DNA of 64,000 nucleotides from an uncultured bacterium (GCA_963807165.1 CAWDZM010000001.1:641471-705470); one strand, 5' to 3'. Shown: positions 48,624 to 58,940, numbered from the stretch's first letter. A program made the numbers and translations. The notes: generated from the letters alone by a model not told the origin.

Positions 48624-48667
48624 GCTATTATATAGTAAAGAACCTGCATTAAAAGACGATTAACTGG

Positions 48668-49738
48668 ATGTTCCCATTTTTTAAAGAAGCATCATATCTT
48701 GGCGTTGATATCGGCACGACCTCCATCAAAATGGTCGAGGTTGTGGCGGGAAAGAAGGCGCCGCGCGTCGTGAATTACGGCGAGCTGGAATCGAGCGGCT
48801 ATCTCGCACGCGCCAACCAGGCGCTGCAGACGAGCGGTTTAAAGATATTTGAGGAAGATGCGGTAGCATTACTCAAAGCCCTCGTGAAACAACTTGCGCC
48901 GGCGACGCAGGATGTAATCGCCTCACTGCCGCCATTCGATGTCTTTATGACCCTCGTCGATTTCCCTGCGATGGAGGCAAAGGACGTCGCGAAGGCGTTG
49001 GTCTATCAGGCAAAGCAATATGTGCCGATGCCGCTTTCCGAAGTGGCGCTCGACTGGATGAAGATCGCAGATTATCAGGACGAGAAAGGATTCGCGCATC
49101 AGAAAATATTATTGATCTCCGTCCCGCAGGAACAAATCAAAAAATATCAGCGGATGTTTGCCGCAGCAGGATTGCGCTTGCGTGCGCTCGAGATCGAATC
49201 GCTTTCCATCGCGCGCATCTTTTCCGGCGATCCTACGCCGACGACCATCGTGGATATCGGCTCCCGATCCACGAATATTATTTTCATGGAAAAAGGCGTC
49301 CTCGCGTGGAGTTCGCAGAGCGATATCGCCGCGTCATCGCTCACGCAGGCGCTCGCGACGAGTCTGGGAATCAATCCCATGCGTGCGGAAGAGCTCAAAA
49401 AAGAGCGGGGGATACTTGGCACCGGTCCTAACTACGAGTTATCCACAATAATGATGCCGTTTTTAGATGGTATAGTTAATGAAGTGAAGAAGGCTACTTA
49501 TAGCTACCGCCAGCAGTTCCCTACAGCAACGGTGGCGGAGCGGATTATCCTTACCGGGGGAGGCGCGAACCTTTCCGGTATCGAAAAATATTTCGAAAAG
49601 GGATTTGGGATCCCCGTGGTAAAGGCAACTCCCTTTTCACGGTTTGAATGCCCCGATGCGATCGCGCCATTTATTCCCGAGCTTGGCGCTCCAATGACGG
49701 TCGCCCTCGGGCTTGGAATGAAGCAGTTCGTCAAATAA
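48668..49738 (+). CDS. pilM: type IV pilus assembly protein PilM
   Basis: LGVDIGTTSIKMVE, VDIG...T and IILTGGGANL.G (actin-like fold). Confidence 0.92.
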   Translation: MFPFFKEASYLGVDIGTTSIKMVEVVAGKKAPRVVNYGELESSGYLARANQALQTSGLKIFEEDAVALLKALVKQLAPATQDVIASLPPFDVFMTLVDFPAMEAKDVAKALVYQAKQYVPMPLSEVALDWMKIADYQDEKGFAHQKILLISVPQEQIKKYQRMFAAAGLRLRALEIESLSIARIFSGDPTPTTIVDIGSRSTNIIFMEKGVLAWSSQSDIAASSLTQALATSLGINPMRAEELKKERGILGTGPNYELSTIMMPFLDGIVNEVKKATYSYRQQFPTATVAERIILTGGGANLSGIEKYFEKGFGIPVVKATPFSRFECPDAIAPFIPELGAPMTVALGLGMKQFVK

Positions 49739-49748
49739 TATATTTATC

Positions 49749-50309
49749 ATGCCACTTCCAGAAAAAGTAATTGAACAATTAGGACGGGAAACTTCTGAGA
49801 CGCAAGGATGGGCGACGGGTGCCCTGTTCTTTTCCGGCGCTATACTTTTTCTCGCCGTGGCCATCTACGTCGGACTTACCTTTGGCTATGAACCTTATTT
49901 GCAAGGCCAGCTGGCAAACGTGCAAAGTCAGGTGAGCGCCCAGGAAAAATCTATCTCCACGAGCCAGCAATCTCAGCTAATCGATTTTTATTCGCAAATT
50001 GCGAACCTTCAGACATTATTAAAAAATCACATACTTTCTTCACAATTCTTTTCATGGCTTGAGCAGAACACCGAGGCGAACGTTTATTATCAATCGATCA
50101 CGCGCACCCCAGGCGGCCAGATCACGCTTACTGGCACGGGCAAATCCGAAGCGGACGTAAACCAGCAAATCGCCATCTTCGAGAACTCGCCGGAGGTTTC
50201 ATCGGTGACCGTTTCCAGTGTTACCGCTCCACAACTGCTTCAGACGGGATGGAATTTTAGCCTCACCCTTATTATGAATCCGTCGGTATTTTTAGCCGCT
50301 CAACAATAA
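49749..50309 (+). CDS. pilN: type IV pilus assembly protein PilN-like
   Basis: TM, coiled coil and ferredoxin-like domain. Position after pilM. Confidence 0.7.
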   Translation: MPLPEKVIEQLGRETSETQGWATGALFFSGAILFLAVAIYVGLTFGYEPYLQGQLANVQSQVSAQEKSISTSQQSQLIDFYSQIANLQTLLKNHILSSQFFSWLEQNTEANVYYQSITRTPGGQITLTGTGKSEADVNQQIAIFENSPEVSSVTVSSVTAPQLLQTGWNFSLTLIMNPSVFLAAQQ

Positions 50310-50310
50310 T

Positions 50311-50946
50311 ATGAAACAAGGGACAAAACGACTTTCCAGTATTATCATCGCGGCGCTCATCCTTGCCGGGGCGCTCGTGGTCTACTTCGAATTCATCGTA
50401 CCTGCCTATGCCAGCCTTGAGATGGTAAAAGGACAGGAACAGAGCGAGCAGACGTTATACGCGAACGAGACACAGATTGTCGGCCAGATAAAAAATTTGC
50501 TTGCGACGTACCAGGGTGATGCGACATCGAGTCAGTCGGTCGCGATGGCATTGCCGGTGGGGTCGGATGTTTCGGGCGCGCTCGCCCAGATCTACGGTAT
50601 CGCCGCGAACTCCGGCGTTACCATTCAGCAGACGGCGATTTCGATCCAGGCGGTGCAGGCAATCGCCTCGTCCGGTTCCACTGATTCCACAAGCGGACTC
50701 GCAAGCGCGGCTGCGGCGGGATCTATCGTCAAGCCGACCGGCACGGTTTCCGTTCAGGTAAGCGGCTCCGGCAGTTATGAATCATTCAAAAATTTTCTCC
50801 ACGGGCTGGAAACAAACATCCGCATCTTTGACGTGAACGCAATATCATTGCAACCTGCAGCAGTTCTTTCCACAAAGACACAAGCGGCGAATCCTGACAT
50901 GTTCAATTACACTATAACGGTCGTAACGTATTATCAGGCATCATAA
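50311..50946 (+). CDS. pilO: type IV pilus assembly protein PilO-like
   Basis: TM, ALP and GSYESFKNFL..LE...RIFDV..I. Confidence 0.8.
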   Translation: MKQGTKRLSSIIIAALILAGALVVYFEFIVPAYASLEMVKGQEQSEQTLYANETQIVGQIKNLLATYQGDATSSQSVAMALPVGSDVSGALAQIYGIAANSGVTIQQTAISIQAVQAIASSGSTDSTSGLASAAAAGSIVKPTGTVSVQVSGSGSYESFKNFLHGLETNIRIFDVNAISLQPAAVLSTKTQAANPDMFNYTITVVTYYQAS

Positions 50947-50950
50947 CATT

Positions 50951-51250
50951 ATGGCTATTATTGTTGATGAAGGAGAAAAAAAGGGCAACGTATTGGGCAT
51001 CTTCGGATGGCTGATATTCTTGGGCATCGTTGCCGCGACGGTATATTATGTATTTTTTGCCCAGCCGCAGTTGGTGCCCGTCACGGCGAGCGGGAGTCTA
51101 AGTGCCATCGCGCCTATCGCACAACTCGCGTTGCATCCCGAGTCCGTCGTACAAGGTCCGGCGTTTCAGTCATTGGTCTCTAGTGTCCCATTGCCAACCC
51201 CCCAGGGTCCGGCGGCCGTTGGTCGCTCGAATCCATTCATCGCACCGTAA
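50951..51250 (+). CDS. small membrane protein of the pilus locus (PilP position)
   Basis: TM and C-terminal GRSNPF.P. Terminator at about 51256-51289. Confidence 0.7.
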   Translation: MAIIVDEGEKKGNVLGIFGWLIFLGIVAATVYYVFFAQPQLVPVTASGSLSAIAPIAQLALHPESVVQGPAFQSLVSSVPLPTPQGPAAVGRSNPFIAP

Positions 51251-51312
51251 GAGAAAAAAGAAACCCCACCGCTGTGGGGTTTCTTTTTATGCCAGCGTGT
51301 TAGAATAAAGAC

Positions 51313-53031
51313 ATGACGAGTGATGAATTTTTGCAACAACTCCAAGCGCGGGGATTGATCACCGATGCGATCGCGGCGCGCCTTAAGCGCGATGCGATTG
51401 TCGGCAATGAATCGGCGGAGGATATCATCGGCCGCGAGCGGATCGTTCCCGATGAACAGGTCGCGGCGCTTAAAAGCGAGCTGCTCAAGGTTCCGTATAA
51501 AAAGATAGATCCCGAGGCGCTCGACGCGAAGCTCATGGGGTTTGTGCCGGAAGAGACCGCGCGTACCTATCACGCGATTCCGATCAGTCTACAAGATGGA
51601 CTGCTCATCGTTGGTATGTTGCATCCCGATGATCCGAAGGCGCAGGACGCGATGAAGTTCATCGCGCGACAGAATCATATCAATCTTGGAGTTTATCTTA
51701 TTTCATACAACGACCTCCAGGCGGCACTGCGGAAATATTCCCCGTATCGTGCGGAGATCGAGCAGGCGGTGCAGTCGCTCAATATAAAAGAGGGATCGGG
51801 CGGCCAGCAGGCGATCGAGCTCGAGGGCGGCGACAGTGCGGATGCGCCTATCATCAAGATCGTTGCGGATACATTCAAGGAAGCGGTGTTGAACAAAGCG
51901 TCCGACGTGCACATCGAACCGCAGCAGAAATCGTTGCGTATCCGCTTGCGTATTGATGGCGACTTACGCGAAGTGGCATCACTGCCGGTGGAACTTGCCC
52001 AACCGATCACGTCACGCGTGAAGGTTATTTCAAATTTAAAGATCGACGAGACGCGTGTGCCACAGGACGGTCGCTTCCGCGCAAAACTTTTTGATCGCAA
52101 CGTCGACTTCCGTGTTGCCACGTTTCCGACGCCGCTCGGCGAGAAGATCGCCATTCGCGTGCTTGATCCTTCGACCGGCTTGAAGAGTTTTGAAAAATTA
52201 GATCTGCTCGATCCGACGCGCGAGGTTATTAAAAAAGGGTTGGATAAGCCGTTCGGTATGGTGCTTATCACGGGTCCGACCGGTTCCGGAAAAACGACGA
52301 CGCTTTACGCGTTTTTGCAAACGCTCAACACCGAGGATGTGAATATCGTTTCACTCGAAGACCCGGTGGAATATTTCGTTTCCGGCATCAACCAGTCGCA
52401 GGTGCGACCGGAGATCGGCTACGACTTTGCATCGGGTTTGCGTCAGATTCTGCGCCAGGACCCAGACGTTATTATGGTCGGTGAAATCCGTGACAATGAG
52501 ACCGCCGGGCTTGCGGTGCAGGCGGCGCTCACCGGACACGTCGTGCTTTCCACGCTCCACACCAACAACAGCGCCGGCGTCATTCCGCGTCTCATCGATA
52601 TGAAGGTGGAGCCGTTTCTGCTTCCGGTGTCGCTCAGCTTGATCATCGCCCAACGTCTTGTGGGAGTGCTTTGCCCGGATTGCAAAGCTCCCGAGGCCGC
52701 CCCGCCGGAAGTGCAAAAGATCGTCGCGCAAGCGCTCGAAGGGTTGCCCTCAAGCGTTATCGCGCAGTTTACCGCGCCGTACCAGATTTACCACGCAAAA
52801 GGCTGCGCCACGTGCAAGGGCCGCGGCGTTGTTGGCCGCACCGGAATTTACGAGGCATTCCTCGTCACCAAGGAGATCGAGGATGTCGTCAGCTCCGGCG
52901 TTACCACACAAAAGATCACCGCGCAGGCAAAGGCGCAGGGTATGATCACGCTTCGCCAGGATGGTATCGTGAAAGCGCTAAAGGGAGTGGTTTCGATAGA
53001 GGAGATCATCAGAGAGACGGAGGAGGCGTAG
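51313..53031 (+). CDS. pilB: type IV pilus extension ATPase PilB (GspE/PulE family)
   Basis: ASDVHIEP, PQDGR, TGPTGSGKTTTLY, LRQDPDVIMVGEIRD and tetracysteine motif. Confidence 0.95.
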   Translation: MTSDEFLQQLQARGLITDAIAARLKRDAIVGNESAEDIIGRERIVPDEQVAALKSELLKVPYKKIDPEALDAKLMGFVPEETARTYHAIPISLQDGLLIVGMLHPDDPKAQDAMKFIARQNHINLGVYLISYNDLQAALRKYSPYRAEIEQAVQSLNIKEGSGGQQAIELEGGDSADAPIIKIVADTFKEAVLNKASDVHIEPQQKSLRIRLRIDGDLREVASLPVELAQPITSRVKVISNLKIDETRVPQDGRFRAKLFDRNVDFRVATFPTPLGEKIAIRVLDPSTGLKSFEKLDLLDPTREVIKKGLDKPFGMVLITGPTGSGKTTTLYAFLQTLNTEDVNIVSLEDPVEYFVSGINQSQVRPEIGYDFASGLRQILRQDPDVIMVGEIRDNETAGLAVQAALTGHVVLSTLHTNNSAGVIPRLIDMKVEPFLLPVSLSLIIAQRLVGVLCPDCKAPEAAPPEVQKIVAQALEGLPSSVIAQFTAPYQIYHAKGCATCKGRGVVGRTGIYEAFLVTKEIEDVVSSGVTTQKITAQAKAQGMITLRQDGIVKALKGVVSIEEIIRETEEA

Positions 53032-53039
53032 GAGACCGT

Positions 53040-53180
53040 AGAGATTGTCCCCGGTTCATTCATGCTCATTTCAGCTTAGCGCCAATAAATTCAACGTTTT
53101 AAAATCACAATCTGTGATTTTAAAACGTAACAATATCCGCCGTTCTTTGCTGTATACCTGTAGCGAGCGAGGGCTTGGAT
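53040..53180 (+). pseudogene. degenerate ORF6N gene remnant centred on a perfect palindrome
   Basis: Aligns by eye with about 39955-40085. Palindrome ACGTTTTAAAATCACA-ATC-TGTGATTTTAAAACGT at 53094-53128. Confidence 0.7.
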
Positions 53181-53252
53181 ATGCCTCAATTTTATAATTA
53201 ATATTTAATCCTCCCATTCACCTTACTTCTCTTGATGTGGTAATATTATCTT

Positions 53253-54326
53253 ATGGATGATTTCAAACAGCAGCTCAACGATCTTTTGACGACGACGGCG
53301 AAGCAGAATGCGTCGGACCTTCACCTTGCGGTGGGGCGCAAGCCGACGTTGCGTATTGATGGCGTGCTGATCCCACTGGAGAAAGAGCCGGTTATGACGC
53401 CGGAGTCGGCGGAGGGAATCATCTCGCAGCTGCTCACGCCGGAGCAAAAGACGAAGCTCATCACTCAACGGCAGGTGGACTTCGCATACAGCTTGGAGGA
53501 CAAGGCACGGTTCCGCGTGAACGTTTATTTCCAGCGCGGCTATTTGGCGGCGGCGCTTCGGCTCATCCCTACGCGCATCAAGACGATCGAAGAGTTGAAT
53601 CTTCCGCCGCTTTTGCACGACTTCGCACAGCTTTCCCAGGGCTTCGTGCTGGTGGTGGGCCCCGCCGGACACGGAAAATCTTCCACGCTTGCGGCGATGG
53701 TGGATGAGATCAACCACACGCGCACTGATCACATTATCACGATCGAGGATCCGGTGGAATATCTTTTTACGCAGGACAAGTGCATCGTCTCGCAGCGCGA
53801 GGTGGGCAGTGATGCCACGAGCTTTCACTCGGCGCTCCGCACCGTTCTGCGCCAGGATCCGGACGTCGTGATGATCGGCGAGATGCGCGATGCGGTCTCC
53901 ATCGGCACGGCCATGACCGCTTCCGAAACCGGGCACTTGGTTGTTTCAACATTGCATACCAATTCCGCGTCGCAGACGATCGATCGTATCATCGACTCAT
54001 TCCCCGCAGAACAGCAGGGACAGGTCACGTCACAGCTCGCCGCGACACTTGTCGCCATCGTTTCGATCCGCTTGCTCCCGCGCATTTCCGGCGGCCGTAT
54101 TCCGGCGATGGAGATCATGATCGTCAACCCGGCTATCCGCAATCTTATCCGCGAGCGCAAAACGTATCAGATCGATCTCGTGATCGAAACGAGCTTGCAG
54201 GAGGGGATGGTCACGCTCAACCGCTCACTGGTTAATTTGATCAAGAATAAAGAGATCACATTAGAAAACGGCGAGTTGTATTCACTCAATCCGTCGGAGC
54301 TACGCATTCTATTAGAAAGAACATAA
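53253..54326 (+). CDS. pilT: type IV pilus retraction ATPase PilT
   Basis: ASDLHL, RFRVNVY.QRG, GPAGHGKSSTLAAM, ETGHLV.STLHTNSA and AIRNLIRE. Confidence 0.95.
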   Translation: MDDFKQQLNDLLTTTAKQNASDLHLAVGRKPTLRIDGVLIPLEKEPVMTPESAEGIISQLLTPEQKTKLITQRQVDFAYSLEDKARFRVNVYFQRGYLAAALRLIPTRIKTIEELNLPPLLHDFAQLSQGFVLVVGPAGHGKSSTLAAMVDEINHTRTDHIITIEDPVEYLFTQDKCIVSQREVGSDATSFHSALRTVLRQDPDVVMIGEMRDAVSIGTAMTASETGHLVVSTLHTNSASQTIDRIIDSFPAEQQGQVTSQLAATLVAIVSIRLLPRISGGRIPAMEIMIVNPAIRNLIRERKTYQIDLVIETSLQEGMVTLNRSLVNLIKNKEITLENGELYSLNPSELRILLERT

Positions 54327-54353
54327 AAATGAGGGCGATCTCTCGTTGTCTTC

Positions 54354-55565
54354 ATGAAATTTAAATATCAGGCCAAGACAAAAGAGGGCGCGACGCAGGT
54401 GGGTTTTGTGGAGGCGGCGGACCGCGATGCGGCGAGTGCGATCCTTTCGAGCCACGATCTTTTTGTACTGAGCGTCGTCGCGAATCGTCCGCCGACCCTG
54501 CTCGACCACATCGCGGGATTTTTTGGCCGGGTGGGAAATAAAGATCTCATCGTGTTCACGCGTCAGCTTGCGACATTACTTGAGGCGCGGCTCCCCTTGA
54601 ACAACGCGCTGAAGATCTTGCACGAACAGACGACGAACCCGCGATTGAAAGATGCCATCTCGCAGGTGACTGATGACATCGATGCGGGGGTATCGTTCTC
54701 GCAGGCGATGGAACGCCAGAAAGAGGTCTTTCCTGACTACTATACTGAGATGGTGCGCGCCGCGGAGGTCACGGGTAATTTGAACGAGGTCGCGGTATTC
54801 CTTGCCGACTATACGGAGAAGCAGGGCGATCTTGCGAGTAAGGCGTCATCGGCACTCGTGTATCCTGGCATCGTTGTCGGGTTGTTTGTCGTCGTCGCAT
54901 TCATCTTGTTGACGTTCGTGTATCCATCGCTTGGCGGCGTGTTTGCAGAGAATGGCGTGGCGCTCCCGTGGTATACGCAGGTGTTGCTGGACACCGGAAC
55001 ATTCCTTAACAAATGGTGGATCGTCGTCGTGGTCGGCGTGGCCGTGCTCGGTGCAGTGGCTTTCAACTATTCCCAAAGCGATGAAGGAAAATCGTTGATC
55101 GACGAAATGAAGATCCGTCTGCCGCTCGTTAAAAAAGTATATTCGCCGGTCATTATGGCACAATTCGGCAACTCCGCGGCCTTGCTCGTGCACGGCGGCA
55201 TCCCCGTTGCACAAGCGCTCGAGATCATCGGGCACATGATAGACAACGTGCGCTACCGCGAGATCATTCACGACATCGCAGAGGATGTCCGGCAGGGACT
55301 TCTGCTTTCGCAGAGCATCGCAAAATATCCGGAATATTTCCCGGCACTCGTTTCGCAGATGGTGGCGGTGGGGGAGACGACGGGCAAAATCGAGGAGATG
55401 TTCACCCGCCTTTCCGGCATCTATACCCGCGAGGCGGATCAGATCACGAATAATTTGGTGGACCTTATTCAGCCGGTGCTCATGATTGGCATCGGCGTGA
55501 TGGTAGGCCTGCTCTTTGCCTCCATCCTTATCCCCATTTACAACCTCACGGACAGCATCCACTAG
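54354..55565 (+). CDS. pilC: type IV pilus platform protein PilC (GspF family)
   Basis: FTRQLATLL, two GspF domains and MVAVGETTG. Confidence 0.93.
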   Translation: MKFKYQAKTKEGATQVGFVEAADRDAASAILSSHDLFVLSVVANRPPTLLDHIAGFFGRVGNKDLIVFTRQLATLLEARLPLNNALKILHEQTTNPRLKDAISQVTDDIDAGVSFSQAMERQKEVFPDYYTEMVRAAEVTGNLNEVAVFLADYTEKQGDLASKASSALVYPGIVVGLFVVVAFILLTFVYPSLGGVFAENGVALPWYTQVLLDTGTFLNKWWIVVVVGVAVLGAVAFNYSQSDEGKSLIDEMKIRLPLVKKVYSPVIMAQFGNSAALLVHGGIPVAQALEIIGHMIDNVRYREIIHDIAEDVRQGLLLSQSIAKYPEYFPALVSQMVAVGETTGKIEEMFTRLSGIYTREADQITNNLVDLIQPVLMIGIGVMVGLLFASILIPIYNLTDSIH

Positions 55566-55627
55566 ATGCTATAATAGAAAGGTCACTCTATTATTCAAAA
55601 GGTCGAGAAAGATTTCTGTCTAAAAAA

Positions 55628-56125
55628 ATGATTAAAAACACAAGAAAGGGCTTTACCCTCATTGAAATCTTGATCGTCGTTGCCATCATCGCCATCTTGG
55701 CGTCGGTCGTGTTGGTGGGCCTTGGCCCGACCCAGCAGGCTGGCCGCGACGCACGCAGACTTTCCGATTTGCACGAAGTGCAGAACGGATTGGAATTGTA
55801 CTATAACAAGAATGGTGCGTATCCGATTCCGAGCCCTGCGAGTTGGGGTTCAGCATCGACCGCAGGATCGCTTTCCGCGGATCTCATCAGTGCCGGTGTG
55901 GGTATTACCTCTATCCCGAATGACCCGAGCAGCGGAAAGAATTATGTTTATGGCTGGGGTCCGGCTGCTACCACTTATGAACTTGCCGCAACTATGGAAA
56001 GCGCCAATGGTTCCGAGTGGGTGAATTATTCCGCGCCGACCGCACTCAGCGCGGGTGGGGGCGTTACCGATGGTGCGACGCTTACCTGCACGCAAGCCTC
56101 TCTGCAGTACTGCGTCTCCTTATAA
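55628..56125 (+). CDS. type IV major pilin-like protein
   Basis: Class III signal KG/FTLIEILIVVAIIAILA and RDARRLSDL. Own promoter, and a terminator at about 56148-56174. Confidence 0.88.
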   Translation: MIKNTRKGFTLIEILIVVAIIAILASVVLVGLGPTQQAGRDARRLSDLHEVQNGLELYYNKNGAYPIPSPASWGSASTAGSLSADLISAGVGITSIPNDPSSGKNYVYGWGPAATTYELAATMESANGSEWVNYSAPTALSAGGGVTDGATLTCTQASLQYCVSL

Positions 56126-56205
56126 ATTTCATCAGGAAATTTATTCTCAAAACTCCCGCTTCGGCGGGTTTTTTGATGCCCGGCGATTTCTGTTAGAATA
56201 GAGGA

Positions 56206-57009
56206 ATGCTTTGGCTCATCCTCTTTCTCTTCGGTATCGCGATCGGCAGTTTTTTAAATGTTGTCATCTTGCGCTATGATGGCGAACATTTTTTGTTCGA
56301 CGCAAAGATGATCGGTGGGCGATCGCATTGCATGCACTGCAAGGAAACATTGCGATGGTTCGAGCTCGTGCCGCTTTTCAGCTTTCTTATTCAGGGCGGC
56401 CGATGCCGTCGATGCAAGGCGCAGCTAAACATCCAGTACCCGATCGTGGAACTCATCTCGGGACTCGTCTTTATATTCGTTCCGTTTATGTTCGGTATCG
56501 GAACGGCATCCACCGCGCTCATTATTTTTATCGCCGCGCTATGGATAGCGATCCTGGAGGCATTGCTTGTTATGTCGTTGATTGATATCCGGCTTGGTAT
56601 CATCCCGGATGAGATCAATATTTTTCTCGGAGTGATCGGGATCGCGCTCATACTATTCGCGAGTGGCGGTGAGGTGTGGGTGATGCTCGCAAGGGTGATC
56701 GGTGCGGCAGGCGCCGGCGTGTTTTTTGCCGGACTCATTGCCGTCACGCGTGGCAAAGGGATGGGCATGGGCGATCTCAAGCTTGCGATCCCACTCGGAC
56801 TTATCTTTGGCTGGCCGGATATCGCACTGGTGCTTGTACTCGCATTCGTCATCGGCGCCATCATCGGTGTGATCACGATCGCGTTTGGAAAGAACAGTAT
56901 GAAGGGCACGCTTCCATTCGGGCCATTCCTCGCGCTCGGCGCCGCGGCAACATTTTTTTGGGGTGCTCCGATCCTCGGCTGGTATCTTTCGCTACTCGGT
57001 ATCCGGTAA
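56206..57009 (+). CDS. pilD: prepilin peptidase
   Basis: IGSFLNVVI.R, RSHC..C, GRCRRC, D....IIPD, GMGMGD.KL and LPFGPFL. Confidence 0.95.
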   Translation: MLWLILFLFGIAIGSFLNVVILRYDGEHFLFDAKMIGGRSHCMHCKETLRWFELVPLFSFLIQGGRCRRCKAQLNIQYPIVELISGLVFIFVPFMFGIGTASTALIIFIAALWIAILEALLVMSLIDIRLGIIPDEINIFLGVIGIALILFASGGEVWVMLARVIGAAGAGVFFAGLIAVTRGKGMGMGDLKLAIPLGLIFGWPDIALVLVLAFVIGAIIGVITIAFGKNSMKGTLPFGPFLALGAAATFFWGAPILGWYLSLLGIR

Positions 57010-57051
57010 TTTTCTATCGCAGCGTCCGCGAGGAAATGATAGAATACTCCT

Positions 57052-57663
57052 ATGGGAAACGGCGCAGACAAAAAAGGTTTCACGTTAGTAGAGATGCTCA
57101 TCGTCCTCGCGATCACCGCGTTGCTTTCGGGGCTTGCCATCGTTTATACGCATGTCGGGCAGAATCAGATCGCGCTCTCGATCGAGGAATCAAAGATCGC
57201 CCAGCTTATTCTCCAGGCGCGGGAGCTTTCCGTCGCGACATATAGCACGGATAATGCCACGTGCGCCTACGGCGTGGCATTCAATTACGCGAGTTCCAGC
57301 TATTCGCTCTTTGAATACAATGCCGCAGTGAGCTTGCCATCCTACCCTGGCCGGCCGATATGTCCATCACTCGCAAGCACGACCGCCGCAGGCGCGGTCG
57401 ATCCAAGCGTAATGGATATTTATGAGAGCGGAAGCTGGCAGGTCCATACCGCGCAGGGCGTCGTGTTGGATAATGACGGTGCCGCGAGCGACACTATTCA
57501 GTACGTGCTCTTTTATCCGCCTGATCCGTTCACTGCTATCGATCTTTCTAGTAATGACACCTTCCAATATCCCGCGCCAACGGCGTACGTCTATTTAAGT
57601 ACCACGGATGGAAGCGATTCACGCACGATCACCGTCAACTCCGCAGGGCAAGTAAGTCTATAG
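57052..57663 (+). CDS. minor type IV pilin (FimU-like)
   Basis: KG/FTLVEMLIVLAI. Confidence 0.85.
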   Translation: MGNGADKKGFTLVEMLIVLAITALLSGLAIVYTHVGQNQIALSIEESKIAQLILQARELSVATYSTDNATCAYGVAFNYASSSYSLFEYNAAVSLPSYPGRPICPSLASTTAAGAVDPSVMDIYESGSWQVHTAQGVVLDNDGAASDTIQYVLFYPPDPFTAIDLSSNDTFQYPAPTAYVYLSTTDGSDSRTITVNSAGQVSL

Positions 57664-57665
57664 CC

Positions 57666-58223
57666 ATGAATACCCACTTTCATTCCCGCCGCGGTCAGAC
57701 GCTCGTTGAGGCGCTTGTCGCGCTCAGCATTTTAACGACGGGTTTTATCGGCATCGTCGGGCTTCTGACGAAATCATTTCAATTGAACCGGACAACGGGG
57801 AATGATACGCAGGCGACGTATCTTGCATCCGAGGGGATCGAGGTTGCAAAGAGTCTGATCGATCACGATGTATACACCGGACTGGCGGTTGGCAGTGATG
57901 ACTGGGGGCAGTGTTTTGATCTGGGCAGTGGCGCGACGGGGTATTTCAAGCTGGAGTACGATACGACGACATGTCCGCCGCCGGAATACTTCGGATCGAC
58001 AAATTATCTTTCCGATCCACTCTATTTCAATGCTTCGAGCGATGTTTATACCTACGATACGCTTGGCGCGGCGAAAACCAATTTTGCACGCGAGGTGGTG
58101 ATCACTATGCCTGCCGCGACGTATCCGAATGAGATCGACGTGCAGTCCACCGTTACGTGGACGGACGGCGGGCAGTCAAATACGATCACGCTGGAAGATC
58201 ATTTTTATAACTGGCATCCGTAA
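57666..58223 (+). CDS. minor type IV pilin (PilV-like)
   Basis: RG/QTLVEALVALSIL...ATYLASEGIE. Confidence 0.85.
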   Translation: MNTHFHSRRGQTLVEALVALSILTTGFIGIVGLLTKSFQLNRTTGNDTQATYLASEGIEVAKSLIDHDVYTGLAVGSDDWGQCFDLGSGATGYFKLEYDTTTCPPPEYFGSTNYLSDPLYFNASSDVYTYDTLGAAKTNFAREVVITMPAATYPNEIDVQSTVTWTDGGQSNTITLEDHFYNWHP

Positions 58224-58225
58224 AT

Positions 58226-58861
58226 ATGAATATGAATACAAACGCAAAAAAAGGATTCACGCTTATCGAGATGCTCGTCACGGTCGGGCTCTTTACCATC
58301 ATCATCACGATCGCGGTTGGGGGATTCACGAATGCGATCCGCACACAGAGCGAGGTGGCCTCGCTCATTTCCGCGCAGAGCAACGTGAGTATCGCGCTCG
58401 AGCAGATGGCGCGCCAGGTGCGCACGGGATATCTTTTCTGCAACGCGCCGGGAAATACGTTTGCAAATACGAATTCCGCCGCGCCGCAGTACGCGAACGG
58501 GGATTGCGGCTGTGTGTACAACACCGGCGATGTACCCGGTACGTGGACGTGCAACGCCATCGACTTCTATGACGCCGAAGGGGATCACATCGATTATTTT
58601 TTGCAAAACGGCGCGCTTATTGAAAGCTCAACACTGAGCGTCACTCCGCAGTCCGTCACGGGCAACGCCGTGTCGGTGAAGTATCTGCAGTTCAAGCTCT
58701 TTGGCCAGACGGAGGGCGATCAGTGGCCGCCGCGCGTTACCATTTCCATCGGCATTGCGCCGAGCTCCACCGACCCGGCGGTCTCGAATGACGTGCTCAA
58801 CTTGCAGACCACCGTGAGCGCGAGGGATATTGATTGCGCGCCCGGTACCTCACAGTGCTAG
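58226..58861 (+). CDS. minor type IV pilin (PilW-like)
   Basis: KG/FTLIEMLVTVGLF...LEQMARQVRTG...LQTTVSAR. Confidence 0.85.
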   Translation: MNMNTNAKKGFTLIEMLVTVGLFTIIITIAVGGFTNAIRTQSEVASLISAQSNVSIALEQMARQVRTGYLFCNAPGNTFANTNSAAPQYANGDCGCVYNTGDVPGTWTCNAIDFYDAEGDHIDYFLQNGALIESSTLSVTPQSVTGNAVSVKYLQFKLFGQTEGDQWPPRVTISIGIAPSSTDPAVSNDVLNLQTTVSARDIDCAPGTSQC

Positions 58862-58891
58862 GATTGTTGTCCATCGCCCGCGACGCCGGCG

Positions 58892-58940
58892 ATTATCCAC
58901 AGCCCCCATTTACCCCGCATCTGTTACTATTAGTAATATG
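58892..58940 (+). repeat. DnaA-box/promoter cassette, copy A
   Basis: ATTATCCACAGCCCCCATTT..CATCTGTTACTATTA..TATG, similar to 61707-61754. Confidence 0.7.
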
